Positions 59,349 to 64,000 of a stretch of 64,000 nt of DNA are shown here, one piece after another. A model generated the notes under the pieces. That model searched no databases. It was not told the DNA's origin and saw nothing but the letters and a program-made list of their open reading frames with translations. How positions within the stretch are numbered: position 1 is the stretch's first letter; the number at the start of each line of letters is the position of its first letter. The stretch is from Octopus bimaculoides (lineage: Eukaryota). Both the position numbers and the translations under genes were made by a program. Where the stretch lies: contig NC_068982.1 of the NCBI RefSeq assembly GCF_001194135.2, positions 36,923,312 to 36,987,311 on the forward strand. The letters are read 5' to 3'.

Positions 59349-62291
59349 ACTCACTCACTCACACACACACACACACACACATATGTGTGTAGATGTTTTG
59401 AAACTATCACTAGGCCAGCAGAGTTTATATAGCAAGCATTAGGACAAAATCAACAGCAATCCCTTTCTACTTTGCTCATTGTCAGTCTTTATTTAAATAT
59501 TCCCTTATTTAGTGTATGTGTGTGATTGTCATTTATAAGAGATGACATCACTCAAGAATAGCAAAATAATATCATCTCTAGGATACACTACAAATCAGTT
59601 TGTGATGTTACATCATATTTATGTACTTCACCCTTCAGGTGTACACTTAGTCTACAACCATTTTTACTTATTTTTATCTTTTACTTGTTTCATTCATTGG
59701 ATTGTAGCCATGCTGGAGTACCACCTTAAAGGGTTTAGTCAATCAAGTCTCCAGTATTTATTATTAAGCTTGATATTTATTCCATTGGCCTCTTTTGCAA
59801 AACTGCTAAGTTACAGAAATGTAATGAGGCCAACACCACTGATGGGAAGTGGTGGGGGAAAACACACACACATTAATATAATGGACTTCCACACATTTTC
59901 TGTCTACCAAATCCACTGACATGTCTTTTGTCAGTCTGGAATTATAGTACAAGACACTTACCCAAGGTGTTACCCAGTGTGATTGAACCAAAGAACACAT
60001 GGTTTGGAATCATGCTTCTTTACCACACAGCCACAGTATATTTCTTAATGTATGTGAAGTGTGTGTGTGATAATATATAATTATAAAGGTGAGTGTAAGT
60101 TAGACCCTGTTTTAATAAACATGCAATTTAGCTTAGCTGCAAAAAGTAAACAAAGTTATTACACTACAGGTTTATCTCTACATGTGCCAAAAAGAGGTAT
60201 CGATTTGACTAATTTCAGATTTTGTTAAACTTTCATCAAAGAAACATAAACTACTTATTTTCTGCTCAGTGTGCAAATTTGAAAGGTCAATTTTTGTTAT
60301 TTCAAATTTGTATTCAAAATAAATGGCTAAAAGCTACTAATCTCTATGTGTGCAAAAAATGTGTTCCCGTTTCTTCTCTAACCACTTTACAATATGTGGT
60401 GAGTGCATGAGATGGCACCAGCATTTGTGGGGTTGCTATGTACCTTGCACAACAGAGTCTCACTCCATTCTGTCATCTCATTCATTTAGAGCAAGGGTTC
60501 TCAACCATTTTTTTATCTGTGGACCCCTTGACTACTATTTCATTCTGCTGGACCCCCAGAGCCATTTAATGTTTAAAAACAGTTTTATAGAAACTTCTTT
60601 CAAAATTCCTATATTGTTTTTCACACATTAACTCATGTAGGTTGAACTATAGAAAATGTTTGAGAAAGAAACCTGTTTCTTGCAAAACATACCCAATGCA
60701 TACAAATACATCAATGCTATTGTGGGTCCCTAATTTACTATTTTGTTTGGACCCTCCCCCCAAATCTTATATGGTTCCTCAGGGGCCATATGGACCCCAG
60801 TTGAGAACCACTGATTTAGGGCAATCTGAATAATGGAGCAAATAGAAGAGAAGGTAAATTAGTGAACATGAATTTGGGTAAGAATGGAAAAGCAATATTG
60901 TAATTAGGGAAAACATTAATAGGAGTGACTGAGGAAGAGGACAATGAAGGAGAAGAGGCAGTGGTAGATGGAGTAATGGAAGAGAAACAGCAATGTCAGT
61001 GTATTAGGAGAAACAATGATAACAGATGGTAATGAGGGAGAGAAAGAGAGAGAAGGGTTAGGATAGTTGTATCAGTCAGTAATCAGCTGTGAGAGAGTTT
61101 GATGAATGTCAATAACTAGAGAGCTGGGGAGAGGTAGTAGTGGCTTGCAGTATAGGCAAATAATGTTAGTTGGTAAGAGATGAATCATCCTAGAGATAGG
61201 CATTCATATAAGAGTGTGATGGATGCTAATAGAAAATAACTTTGAGGAGAAGAAACACTTTTCACTGAAGATTGTCTTGTTATCAACATCCAATATCTTT
61301 AAAATATACTCTTGAAGTGTTTACATCATTTACAGTCTCATCTAGTTTCTGCAAATGTCTTTCTATTGCTATATCAGATTGGTCAAAATATGCAGTAAAG
61401 TCTTCTTCCACTAAGACTACAACAATAGATTCTAAAATTCTTAATCAGGAGATGATGAAACCTTATGTAGATGTTAAGTGTGCCAAAGGAACTGGAGAAA
61501 AATAATAAAAGGAATCGTTAACATTTTCTTTGTCCTTAAACCTAACTTCATAATTTTTTAACAAATAGTTTTTTCACTTTCATATGGATGCTCCACATCA
61601 ATATAATTGCAAGTTAAGCCTCTATCATCAACAGAGTTTCTAACTTAGTTTGATATTTTGCTTAATAATTTAATATCATTTAAAATTATTTTCCATTTAT
61701 ATTAATTAGAAATGTAATGCCTCATGACCTGTTAAATCAGTGTGTACTGCTTACTTTTTTCAGTGTTATAGACAGATCAGCCAAACTGGGCTTATCCCTC
61801 TTCAAAGTTAAATTCACATGCATAAACCCTATCTGTAAATTTGAAGAGAAGCAACTAGAGAATTAGTTATGTTCAATTTCAATTTTAATTCATTTACAAA
61901 CTCCACTTCACAAAATATTTCCCTCTACTCTACAGACAAAAGTTTTATTTTAATACCCAGGGAATTACATAGAATTCTAAATGAAAGTGAAATTATTTTG
62001 TTGTTGATCCATGCAGTTATTCTGTTACATCTTCAAATTTAGCTATAACCATAGAAGCAATTATTATTATAATTGATAGGTTAATGATATACTTGCTTTC
62101 TTCTTCAGACTGTAGAAGATGAAATGTTGAAACGACAAGGAGCTTTATCTGCTATTTTGGACATTACTAATCAACTGAAGAATATGGCAGATATCGGTAT
62201 GCTTGAAGATGCTACATTAAAAGTGAATGCACTTAAACAGCAATGGAATGAATTTGAAGAAATTTTAGCAAAACAAAAATTACAATATGAG
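2819..62291 (+). CDS. DMD: Dystrophin (DMD/utrophin family) ortholog, partial: 20 coding exons, 1193 aa of the spectrin-repeat rod (about R2-R13 including hinge 2)
   Basis: Twenty AG-bounded exons join in frame without stops (total 3579 nt). The translation matches remembered human dystrophin motifs in the same order: DSLHNMVVVVDDSS vs NSLTHMVVVVDESS; RRLLLQDVLLKWQ vs RWVLLQDILLKWQ; AEEISGELE vs AEEISEVLD; MSELKTEVEYVIKTGRQVVEKKQ vs LSEVKSEVEMVIKTGRQIVQKKQ. Confidence 0.95.
3151..3389 (+). CDS. DMD: Dystrophin exon 2 (239 nt; ACEALGHQLEKLVKRWDDVCRLTEQRR...EQVKNLK)
   Basis: ttatag acceptor, aag|gtatgg donor; phase fits exon 1; lies in ORF 3120-3440; spectrin-repeat W motifs. Confidence 0.95.
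3709..4471. mobile_element. Non-autonomous DNA transposon, 763 bp, 28-bp TIRs, flanked by TTAATT on both sides
   Basis: Left AGGATCACGTTGATTTGGCTGCCAGCAT vs right-end reverse complement AGGATCTAGTTGGTTTGACTTCCAGCAT (23/28); TTAATT at 3703-3708 and 4472-4477. Confidence 0.75.
7117..7296 (+). CDS. DMD: Dystrophin exon 3 (180 nt; AIEKEMEVQ...RWENLVQNMGTQSQE)
   Basis: ttttag acceptor, gag|gtaaca donor; phase 0-0; resembles human exon 16. Confidence 0.93.
7607..7921 (+). CDS. DMD: Dystrophin exon 4 (315 nt; hinge 2 and start of repeat 4, with a D10 tract)
   Basis: tttcag acceptor, cag|gtactt donor; KKRKTDTALRLEFEIDMKKMKDWFEKTE aligns to human KKRQITVDSEIRKRLDVDITELHSWITRSE. Confidence 0.9.
8654..8741 (+). 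CDS. DMD: Dystrophin exon 5 (88 nt; DTKNDVKTHHDKVSSLLETGKKLIEELKF)
   Basis: tgacag acceptor, g|gtaagt donor; phase 0-1; same length as recalled human exon 19. Confidence 0.9.
8925..9166 (+). CDS. DMD: Dystrophin exon 6 (242 nt; GGENYDNISKLTQELEERWK...SHQLEQCR)
   Basis: tttaag acceptor, aga|gtaagt donor; phase 1-0; same length as recalled human exon 20. Confidence 0.93.
9774..9936 (+). CDS. DMD: Dystrophin exon 7 (163 nt; VKLKDMKSQEERVEHLKVQANALL...RWEAIYQKI)
   Basis: gtaaaag acceptor (weak pyrimidine tract), g|gtaggt donor; lies in ORF 9789-9983; aligns to human DEVNRLSGLQPQIERLKIQSIAL. Confidence 0.88.
10725..11132 (+). mobile_element. Near full-length tRNA-derived SINE (head TAGGTGCAGGAGTGGCTG; tail ACAAGTAAAAGATAAAAGAT)
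   Basis: A-box-like TGGCTGTTTGG, B-box-like GGATTCAGTCCC, internal (AT/GT) stretch; homologous copies at 23953 and 59670. Confidence 0.85.
14090..15203 (-). mobile_element. Mariner (DD34D) transposon, decayed, both TIRs present, C-terminal coding end deleted
   Basis: Minus-strand fragments EQCAFMKFCFLLGK...KTQVYKWFSRF, RIVAKFVPHLL and FHHDNAPVH...YSPDLAPCDF (34 residues between the Ds). TIRs GGGGTACTCAAAAGAAACTGG (about 14091) and GAGGTACCCAAAAGTAACCGG (reverse complement, about 15180-15200). Confidence 0.9.
17520..17692 (+). CDS. DMD: Dystrophin exon 8 (173 nt; GKQKEELEKTLEEMPSRPYLSALGALLKWISDMEE...EKQMKQYK), probable GC donor
   Basis: ttgtag acceptor in phase 1; aligns to human LPPMRYQETMSAIRTWVQQSE. 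The only phase-0 donor at the homologous position is AAG|gctagt. Confidence 0.85.
17786..18258. repeat. (CT)n microsatellite spanning a 393-N gap (17836-18228)
   Basis: CT repeats on both sides of the gap. Confidence 0.95.
18330..20210 (+). mobile_element. Heavily decayed RTE-clade LINE (ORF2 remnant)
   Basis: Ordered remnants of typical RTE ORF2 motifs, broken by stops and frameshifts: YQVAK..AYLAKGEEK, GDILGDWCTSIIVN*YRGK, LQENLLAMSKP..TFVDLEMAFGKV, RVNGGLYAACV, LREKLDISGIR, GSCGRGRPRNT*DEV. Confidence 0.8.
21640..21855 (+). CDS. DMD: Dystrophin exon 9 (216 nt; ELRNDLQEHVHSLEYVNKTGQQLVKK...QLQSFQ)
   Basis: Strong pyrimidine tract with ttttag acceptor, cag|gtacaa donor; resembles human exon 23. 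Confidence 0.94.
22385..22498 (+). CDS. DMD: Dystrophin exon 10 (114 nt; NQLVGMVRWTKEMHVFLQSDDPATGDLQTLAAQMNESN)
   Basis: tcatag acceptor, aat|gtaaga donor; aligns to human exon 24 NHIQTLKKWMAEVDVFLKEEWPALGD. Confidence 0.93.
22749..23075 (+). CDS. DMD: Dystrophin exon 11 (327 nt; GVLEDILTLQENVDSIGE...LLVKNKKFK)
   Basis: ttatag acceptor, aag|gtacag donor; lies in ORF 22773-23093; corresponds to human exons 25 and 26 fused. Confidence 0.94.
23716..23923 (+). CDS. DMD: Dystrophin exon 12 (208 nt; SLKQEVLEKELEINRLNSEAN...VKWYKFK)
   Basis: ttttag acceptor, g|gtatga donor; phase 0-1. Confidence 0.9.
23953..24360 (-). mobile_element. tRNA-derived SINE, same family as 10725-11132, inverted; begins about 30 nt after the exon 12 donor
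   Basis: Reverse complement begins TAGGTGCAGGCACAGCTGTGTGGTTAAGAAG and ends AAACAAGTAAAAGAGTAAA; internal (CA)n. Confidence 0.85.
25639..25739 (+). CDS. DMD: Dystrophin exon 13 (101 nt; ELIQSEKNFQEALNKKIQHEANCSDAEEISGELE)
   Basis: ttttag acceptor, gag|gtaaag donor; phase 1-0; AEEIS motif. Confidence 0.9.
25810..26166 (-). mobile_element. Degenerate SINE with RTE-like tail
   Basis: TTCCATGCTAGCATGGGTT tail at about 25827 and SINE head remnant CTTCTTAACTACACAGCC at about 26148. Confidence 0.55.
26361..26513 (+). CDS. DMD: Dystrophin exon 14 (153 nt; ELESLMRDHPKDTKERIQQLSQDLINNSIMVNLVKEELAQLENLGESIEHK)
   Basis: taccag acceptor, aag|gtaagt donor; aligns to human exon 29 SLENLMRHSEDNPNQIRILAQTL. 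Confidence 0.93.
26690..26920 (-). mobile_element. Second SINE family (core resembling the Meta domain, (AAT)n tail)
   Basis: Homologous along its length to 27045-27276 and 41295-41460. Confidence 0.7.
27045..27276 (-). mobile_element. Second-family SINE (reverse complement: AAGGCCGTGAGCTGGCAGAATTGCTAGC...GGACAACTTTGCCTTTCATTCTTTTGGGGTCAATTAAATAAGTACCAG...(TAT)n)
   Basis: tRNA-like head; CTTTGCCTTTCATCC/GGGGTC/AAGTACC core recalls the Meta domain; (AAT)n tail. Confidence 0.8.
27750..30370 (-). mobile_element. Decayed L1/Tx1-clade LINE
   Basis: ORF 28360-28551 NFRSITLLNTKLKLLAKVFAKKL (RT motif like WRPISLLNTDYKILAKVLA), followed by INLDQ, AGFSPIFRSWV and YHEVTGTHINQNKS (like YE..TGAKIN.EKS). 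The upstream limit is approximate. Confidence 0.75.
30872..31913 (-). mobile_element. Tc1-type transposon copy 1, 1042 bp, internally deleted, TA TSD
   Basis: TIRs CAGGG(T/G)TTGGACAAAATA(T/A)TGGAAACACC; TA at 30870-71 and 31914-15; ORF 31325-31729 encodes the Tc1 paired-like HTH (MTDLSDFQRGQIVGA...GRKPKLS). Confidence 0.95.
31943..32357 (-). mobile_element. SINE with family-1 tRNA head and RTE-derived (GAT)n tail
   Basis: Head GCAGGAATGGCCCCGTGATTAAGAAGTTTGCTTCCCAGCCACATG (reverse complement); tail CATCATCATTTTAACACTCACTTTTCCATGCTTGCATGGG. Confidence 0.75.
32365..32545 (-). mobile_element. RTE-LINE 3' tail fragment
   Basis: CATTTAACATCCATCTTTCATGCTTGCATGGGTTGGAC...TTTCTACAGCTGGATGTCCTTCCTAATGCC matches the other RTE tails. 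Confidence 0.75.
37618..37779 (+). CDS. DMD: Dystrophin exon 15 (162 nt; AQNRVTHLEHSAHKAQEIERQMLEMSQW...SPREYE)
   Basis: ttgtag acceptor, gag|gtaaaa donor; aligns to human exon 30 AVRRQKLLEQSIQSAQETEK. Confidence 0.92.
38900..39028 (+). CDS. DMD: Dystrophin exon 16 (129 nt; TLKEEFQQQNELLQQLEKRALEYAELGQLEASSRLMQKKQILK)
   Basis: atatag acceptor, aag|gtaaat donor; phase 0-0; helical coiled pattern at the position of human exon 31. Confidence 0.85.
39465..39655 (-). mobile_element. RTE-LINE 3' tail fragment
   Basis: CATCATTTAACATCCATTTTTC...TTTTACAGCTGGATGCCCCTCCTAATGCTAACCAC. Confidence 0.75.
41191..41292. repeat. Compound AT microsatellite (TAA)n-(TTAA)n-(TTA)n, self-complementary
   Basis: Read directly from the sequence. 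Confidence 0.95.
41295..41460 (+). mobile_element. Second-family SINE, internally shortened
   Basis: AAGGCAGCGAACTGGTAGAATTG...GGCTTTGCCTTTCATCCTTTG...ATGCCTATAGTAGAAAGGATTA. Confidence 0.8.
42041..42469 (+). mobile_element. Chimeric RTE piece: RT core fragment joined directly to the 3' tail
   Basis: 42041-42205 translates RDATSKVKVGNEYSKEFRVQVGVH*VSVLSPLLFIIVLQAIMEEFKTGCP*ELL, then the sequence switches to the 3' UTR repeats and the (GAT)n end. Confidence 0.85.
43560..43745 (-). mobile_element. LINE AP-endonuclease N-terminal remnant (clade undetermined)
   Basis: Reverse complement reads ITCILWNAQSIHNKIPILISTLKDNNVNVAFIPDT*LT, matching the APE motifs WN..S..NK and ETWL (TGG to TAG). Confidence 0.65.
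45900..46060 (-). mobile_element. Third SINE family, degenerate head
   Basis: Reverse complement TGAAGGCATATAGCTCAGTGGTTAAG...CCTTGAGCTAAGCACTTAATTTCTTGTTGCTCCAGTC, homologous to 63404-63632. Confidence 0.65.
46568..46741 (+). CDS. DMD: Dystrophin exon 17 (174 nt; HHFDEVNIKFLKFQCPYDFEPKL...IQGQLDQCI)
   Basis: ttgcag acceptor, att|gtaagt donor; aligns to human exon 32 KKLQDVSMKFRLFQKPANFEQRL...VQSQLNHCV. Confidence 0.95.
47044..48293 (-). mobile_element. Tc1-type transposon copy 2, about 1.25 kb, near full length with frameshifts; DD36E spacing
   Basis: TIRs GGGGTTGGACAAAATAATGGAAACACC at both ends, TA at 48294-95. ORFs 47597-48112 (HTH), 47207-47515 (FQDDNA...WPRQSPDLNIIEHLW) and 47097-47282 (C-terminus). 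Confidence 0.95.
48682..48985 (-). mobile_element. RTE-LINE 3' tail, well preserved and CpG-retaining
   Basis: CATTTAACGTCCGCCTTCCATGTTAGCATGGGTTGGACG...CCTGGATGCCCTTCCTAACGCCAACCAC plus GTGCCACC subrepeats. Confidence 0.9.
49473..50285 (-). mobile_element. 5'-truncated RTE LINE (ORF2 C-terminus and 3' UTR)
   Basis: Reverse complement encodes NEVSMLHWMRNVNVH...REKLDIRSIKCGVQER*LRWYGHVLHMDEDSCVKKYHTLTVEGTCGRGRP, then the tail and (GAT)n. Confidence 0.92.
50813..50968 (+). CDS. DMD: Dystrophin exon 18 (156 nt; KFYKTMSELKTEVEYVIKTGRQVVEKKQ...YNILGGQ)
   Basis: tgacag acceptor, caa|gtaagt donor; very close to human exon 33. Confidence 0.96.
52305..52440 (+). mobile_element. Degenerate family-1 SINE head
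   Basis: CTGTGTGGTTAAGAAGTTTGTTTCACAAC...TTCAGTCCCACT...GTGTCTTCTATTATAG. Confidence 0.65.
52820..53021. repeat. CpG-rich stretch with (TTAGGG)2, probably a young repeat, abutting a 460-N gap
   Basis: 9 CpGs in about 180 bp against a CpG-poor background; TTAGGGTTAGGG at 52925-52936. Confidence 0.45.
54960..55330 (-). mobile_element. Head-to-tail cluster of three second-family SINE 3' fragments
   Basis: (G/A)CAC(A/G)AGG(C/T)CAGCAATTTT recurs at about 54988, 55162 and 55259, each after an (AAT)-rich tail. Confidence 0.75.
55345..55545 (-). mobile_element. RTE-LINE 3' tail fragment
   Basis: CCATTTTCCATGCCAGTATGGATTGGAC...TTTCTACATCTGGATGTCCTTCTTAACACCAATCAC. Confidence 0.75.
55697..55861 (+). 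CDS. DMD: Dystrophin exon 19 (165 nt; VTQGKSNLEKAVKLARKLKKEV...LDKEVEFIS)
   Basis: atacag acceptor, tct|gtaagt donor; aligns to human exon 34 VTERKQQLEKCLKLSRKMRKEM...LDSEV. Confidence 0.93.
57620..57765 (+). mobile_element. RTE ORF2 fragment
   Basis: Translates ARVKVRWKKSRELLFLLPTKLFFLQVKVRGKLYDAVVQSVMLHSG, like RTE ARVR.GWKKFRELLPLL...KGRLYDACVRSVMLHGSETW. Confidence 0.75.
58697..58937. repeat. About 120-bp tandem duplication (2 copies), each copy with an internal hairpin
   Basis: CAGCTTCT(A/G)GTGTTAACACAAAGTAGAACATACTAGTTCTATAACTTG(C/T)ATGTTCTATTT recurs with period 120. Confidence 0.95.
59286..59380. repeat. Compound (CT)n-(CACT)n-(CA)n microsatellite
   Basis: Read directly from the sequence. 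Confidence 0.95.
59670..60035 (-). mobile_element. Family-1 SINE, degenerate
   Basis: TTTTATCTTTTACTTGTTTC tail; CTGTCTACCAAATCCAC core; CTTCTTTACCACACAGCCAC head. Confidence 0.8.
60492..60813. mobile_element. hAT (Charlie-like) MITE, 322 bp
   Basis: TIRs CAAGGGTTCTCAAC and (reverse complement) CAGTGGTTCTCAAC; 8-bp TSD ATTTAGAG / ATTTAGGG (7/8). Confidence 0.88.
62109..62291 (+). CDS. DMD: Dystrophin exon 20 (183 nt; TVEDEMLKRQGALSAILDITNQLKNMAD...KQKLQYE)
   Basis: cttcag acceptor, gag|gtaaat donor; resembles human exon 35. Confidence 0.9.
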
Positions 62292-63403
62292 GTAAATTCT
62301 TGATTTTCATAATTTCTTTTTACTTCCATTTGGCGATGTGGTGGTAGGGAAGATCTACCCTCCAATGTAAGAATGACAAATTGCTTATTAAAATAACTGT
62401 GGAGATGATGGGGGTTGAGGGATGTGTAATACATCATTTGGTGGCTCACTCAGAATTCTCTTGTTAAGTTTCCACCTACTGACCTATTCTTTATCCTCTT
62501 CTCTATCATCCTCTTTCCTATTCACTGTAACATTCCACCTGTGTAATGAGGAAGGCATGTTGTCAGTCCGTATTTGATCCCTCCACCATAATCCATTGTC
62601 GCCATACCTCTTTTCCATTATCACCCTTCTATCATTCTGCCTCCCTTTCAACACTATACTTTTATTACAAAGATTAAATCAGTCTGTATTCATTACCCTC
62701 TGTCATTACTCTCTACCACTATCATTCTCTCTCCTCATATGATTTCTAGTTGACATCAACCACTCCCTTTATCATCTATCTTTCTTGCCTCCGTCACTTG
62801 CACTCTTCTACCATGACACATCTTTAAATGCTATCCTACCAGACTATTTTTATTTAACCTCCTAACATGACATTTTTATTGCTATCTCATCACATTATTT
62901 TCTATTTAACCTCCTATCAACTGCCAATATGTATCTATCACTGTCTCCTATCTCTCTACTTCTACCATCTTAACACTATTTCTTCCATCATTCTCATACC
63001 ATAGTCTTTTTCACCCTTGTAGTGATTACTCCCTTTCTAATTTTCACACTCTTTGTCACTTTAAATAATCTGAGACTACAAAGAATACTCTTTAATCTTA
63101 CAAGGACTAAGGCAACTTATTGTATTGTTTCACTTTATTTTCTCTTCTCTCACCTTAGCTTCCACTCTTTCTCCTCTATTTACCCTATCAGTCTTCCTTG
63201 CCTCAAGAAAATGGATGCAGTGGGGAGAAAGAACACTAGTTTGAAGAAATCAAGGCAATGTTCTCTCCCCCTTTCTCTTGCTTGTGTCACTATAAAATAC
63301 ACCAGGTACACTTTGTGAAATGCTTGATTTTAGGAAGAGAATCCAGCCATAGAAAACATACAAAAAGAATGGAGCATGTGATTTGTTGCCCTCTAATCTC
63401 TGT

Positions 63404-63632
63404 AGGAGGCATGTGACTTTGTAGTATGGGGGTTGTACTTGTGATTGTATGATTATGATCCCGTGATATTGTGTTCTTGAGCAGGACACTTCATTTCACA
63501 TTGCTCCATTCCACTCAGCTGACAAAAAATGGGTAAACATGCAATGGACTGGCATCCCATCCAGTTGGGGAATATAGATATGCCACAGAATCTAGGAAAC
63601 CGGCCTTATGAACCTTTGGCTCAGGAAAGACC
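63404..63632 (+). mobile_element. Third-family SINE (core resembling the V domain)
   Basis: TTGTGTTCTTGAGCAGGACACTTCATTTCACATTGCTCC...TGCAATGGACTGGCATCCCATCCAG. Confidence 0.65.
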
Positions 63633-63777
63633 TATGATGTAATTTTTTTTTAAATTATGTCTAGGAACTGAAAAATAACTGAATCAAGCTGATAAGCCAT
63701 CCAACCTATATCAGTGTTGAAAACAAACATAAAATGATGCTGATGATATTCATCTGCTTACAGAAATTTAGTGTGTA

Positions 63778-64000
63778 TCATCATCATCGTTTAACGTCCG
63801 CTTTCCATGCTAGCATGGGTTGGACGATTTGACTGAGGACTGGTGAAACCGGATGGCAACACCAGGCTCCAGTCTGATTTGGCAGAGTTTCTACAGCTGG
63901 ATGCCCTTCCTAACGCCAACCACTCAGAGAGTGTAGTGGGTGCTTTTACGTGTCACCCGCACGAAAACGGCCACGCTCGAAATGGTGTCTTTTATGTGCC
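63778..64000 (-). mobile_element. Young RTE-LINE 3' tail running off the window edge
   Basis: TCATCATCATCGTTTAACGTCCGCTTTCCATGCTAGCATGGGTTGGACG...; CpGs retained. Confidence 0.9.

Noticed and set aside
1-64000. CRISPR array, prokaryotic defence system or nested antisense gene
   Set aside because: The DNA is spliceosomal eukaryotic sequence with no repeat-spacer array. The recognisable minus-strand ORFs are transposon-derived, and the rest are short and unspliced.

Overview
AT-rich eukaryotic DNA from a gapped scaffold (six N gaps). The repeat families suggest a coleoid cephalopod, probably Octopus (inference). The window holds the middle of one large + strand gene, a dystrophin (DMD/utrophin family) ortholog. 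I traced 20 coding exons (2819-62291) that splice into one stop-free frame of 3579 nt (1193 aa), covering roughly spectrin repeat 2 to repeat 13 plus hinge 2. Both gene ends lie outside the window. Many exon boundaries and lengths match human DMD exons 13-35 as I recall them. One intron appears to need a non-canonical GC donor, and exon 4 carries a 10-Asp insertion. The introns contain two copies of a Tc1-type transposon with DD36E catalytic spacing, a DD34D mariner, two hAT-type MITEs with 8-bp TSDs, an unclassified 763-bp TIR element flanked by TTAATT, decayed RTE and L1/Tx1 LINEs, several tRNA-derived SINE families and microsatellites. There is no CRISPR array, rRNA or true tRNA gene, and I found no wholly new biological system. 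The best leads are the DD36E transposon, the TTAATT-flanked element, the GC-AG intron and in-frame exon blocks flanked by inverted repeats.
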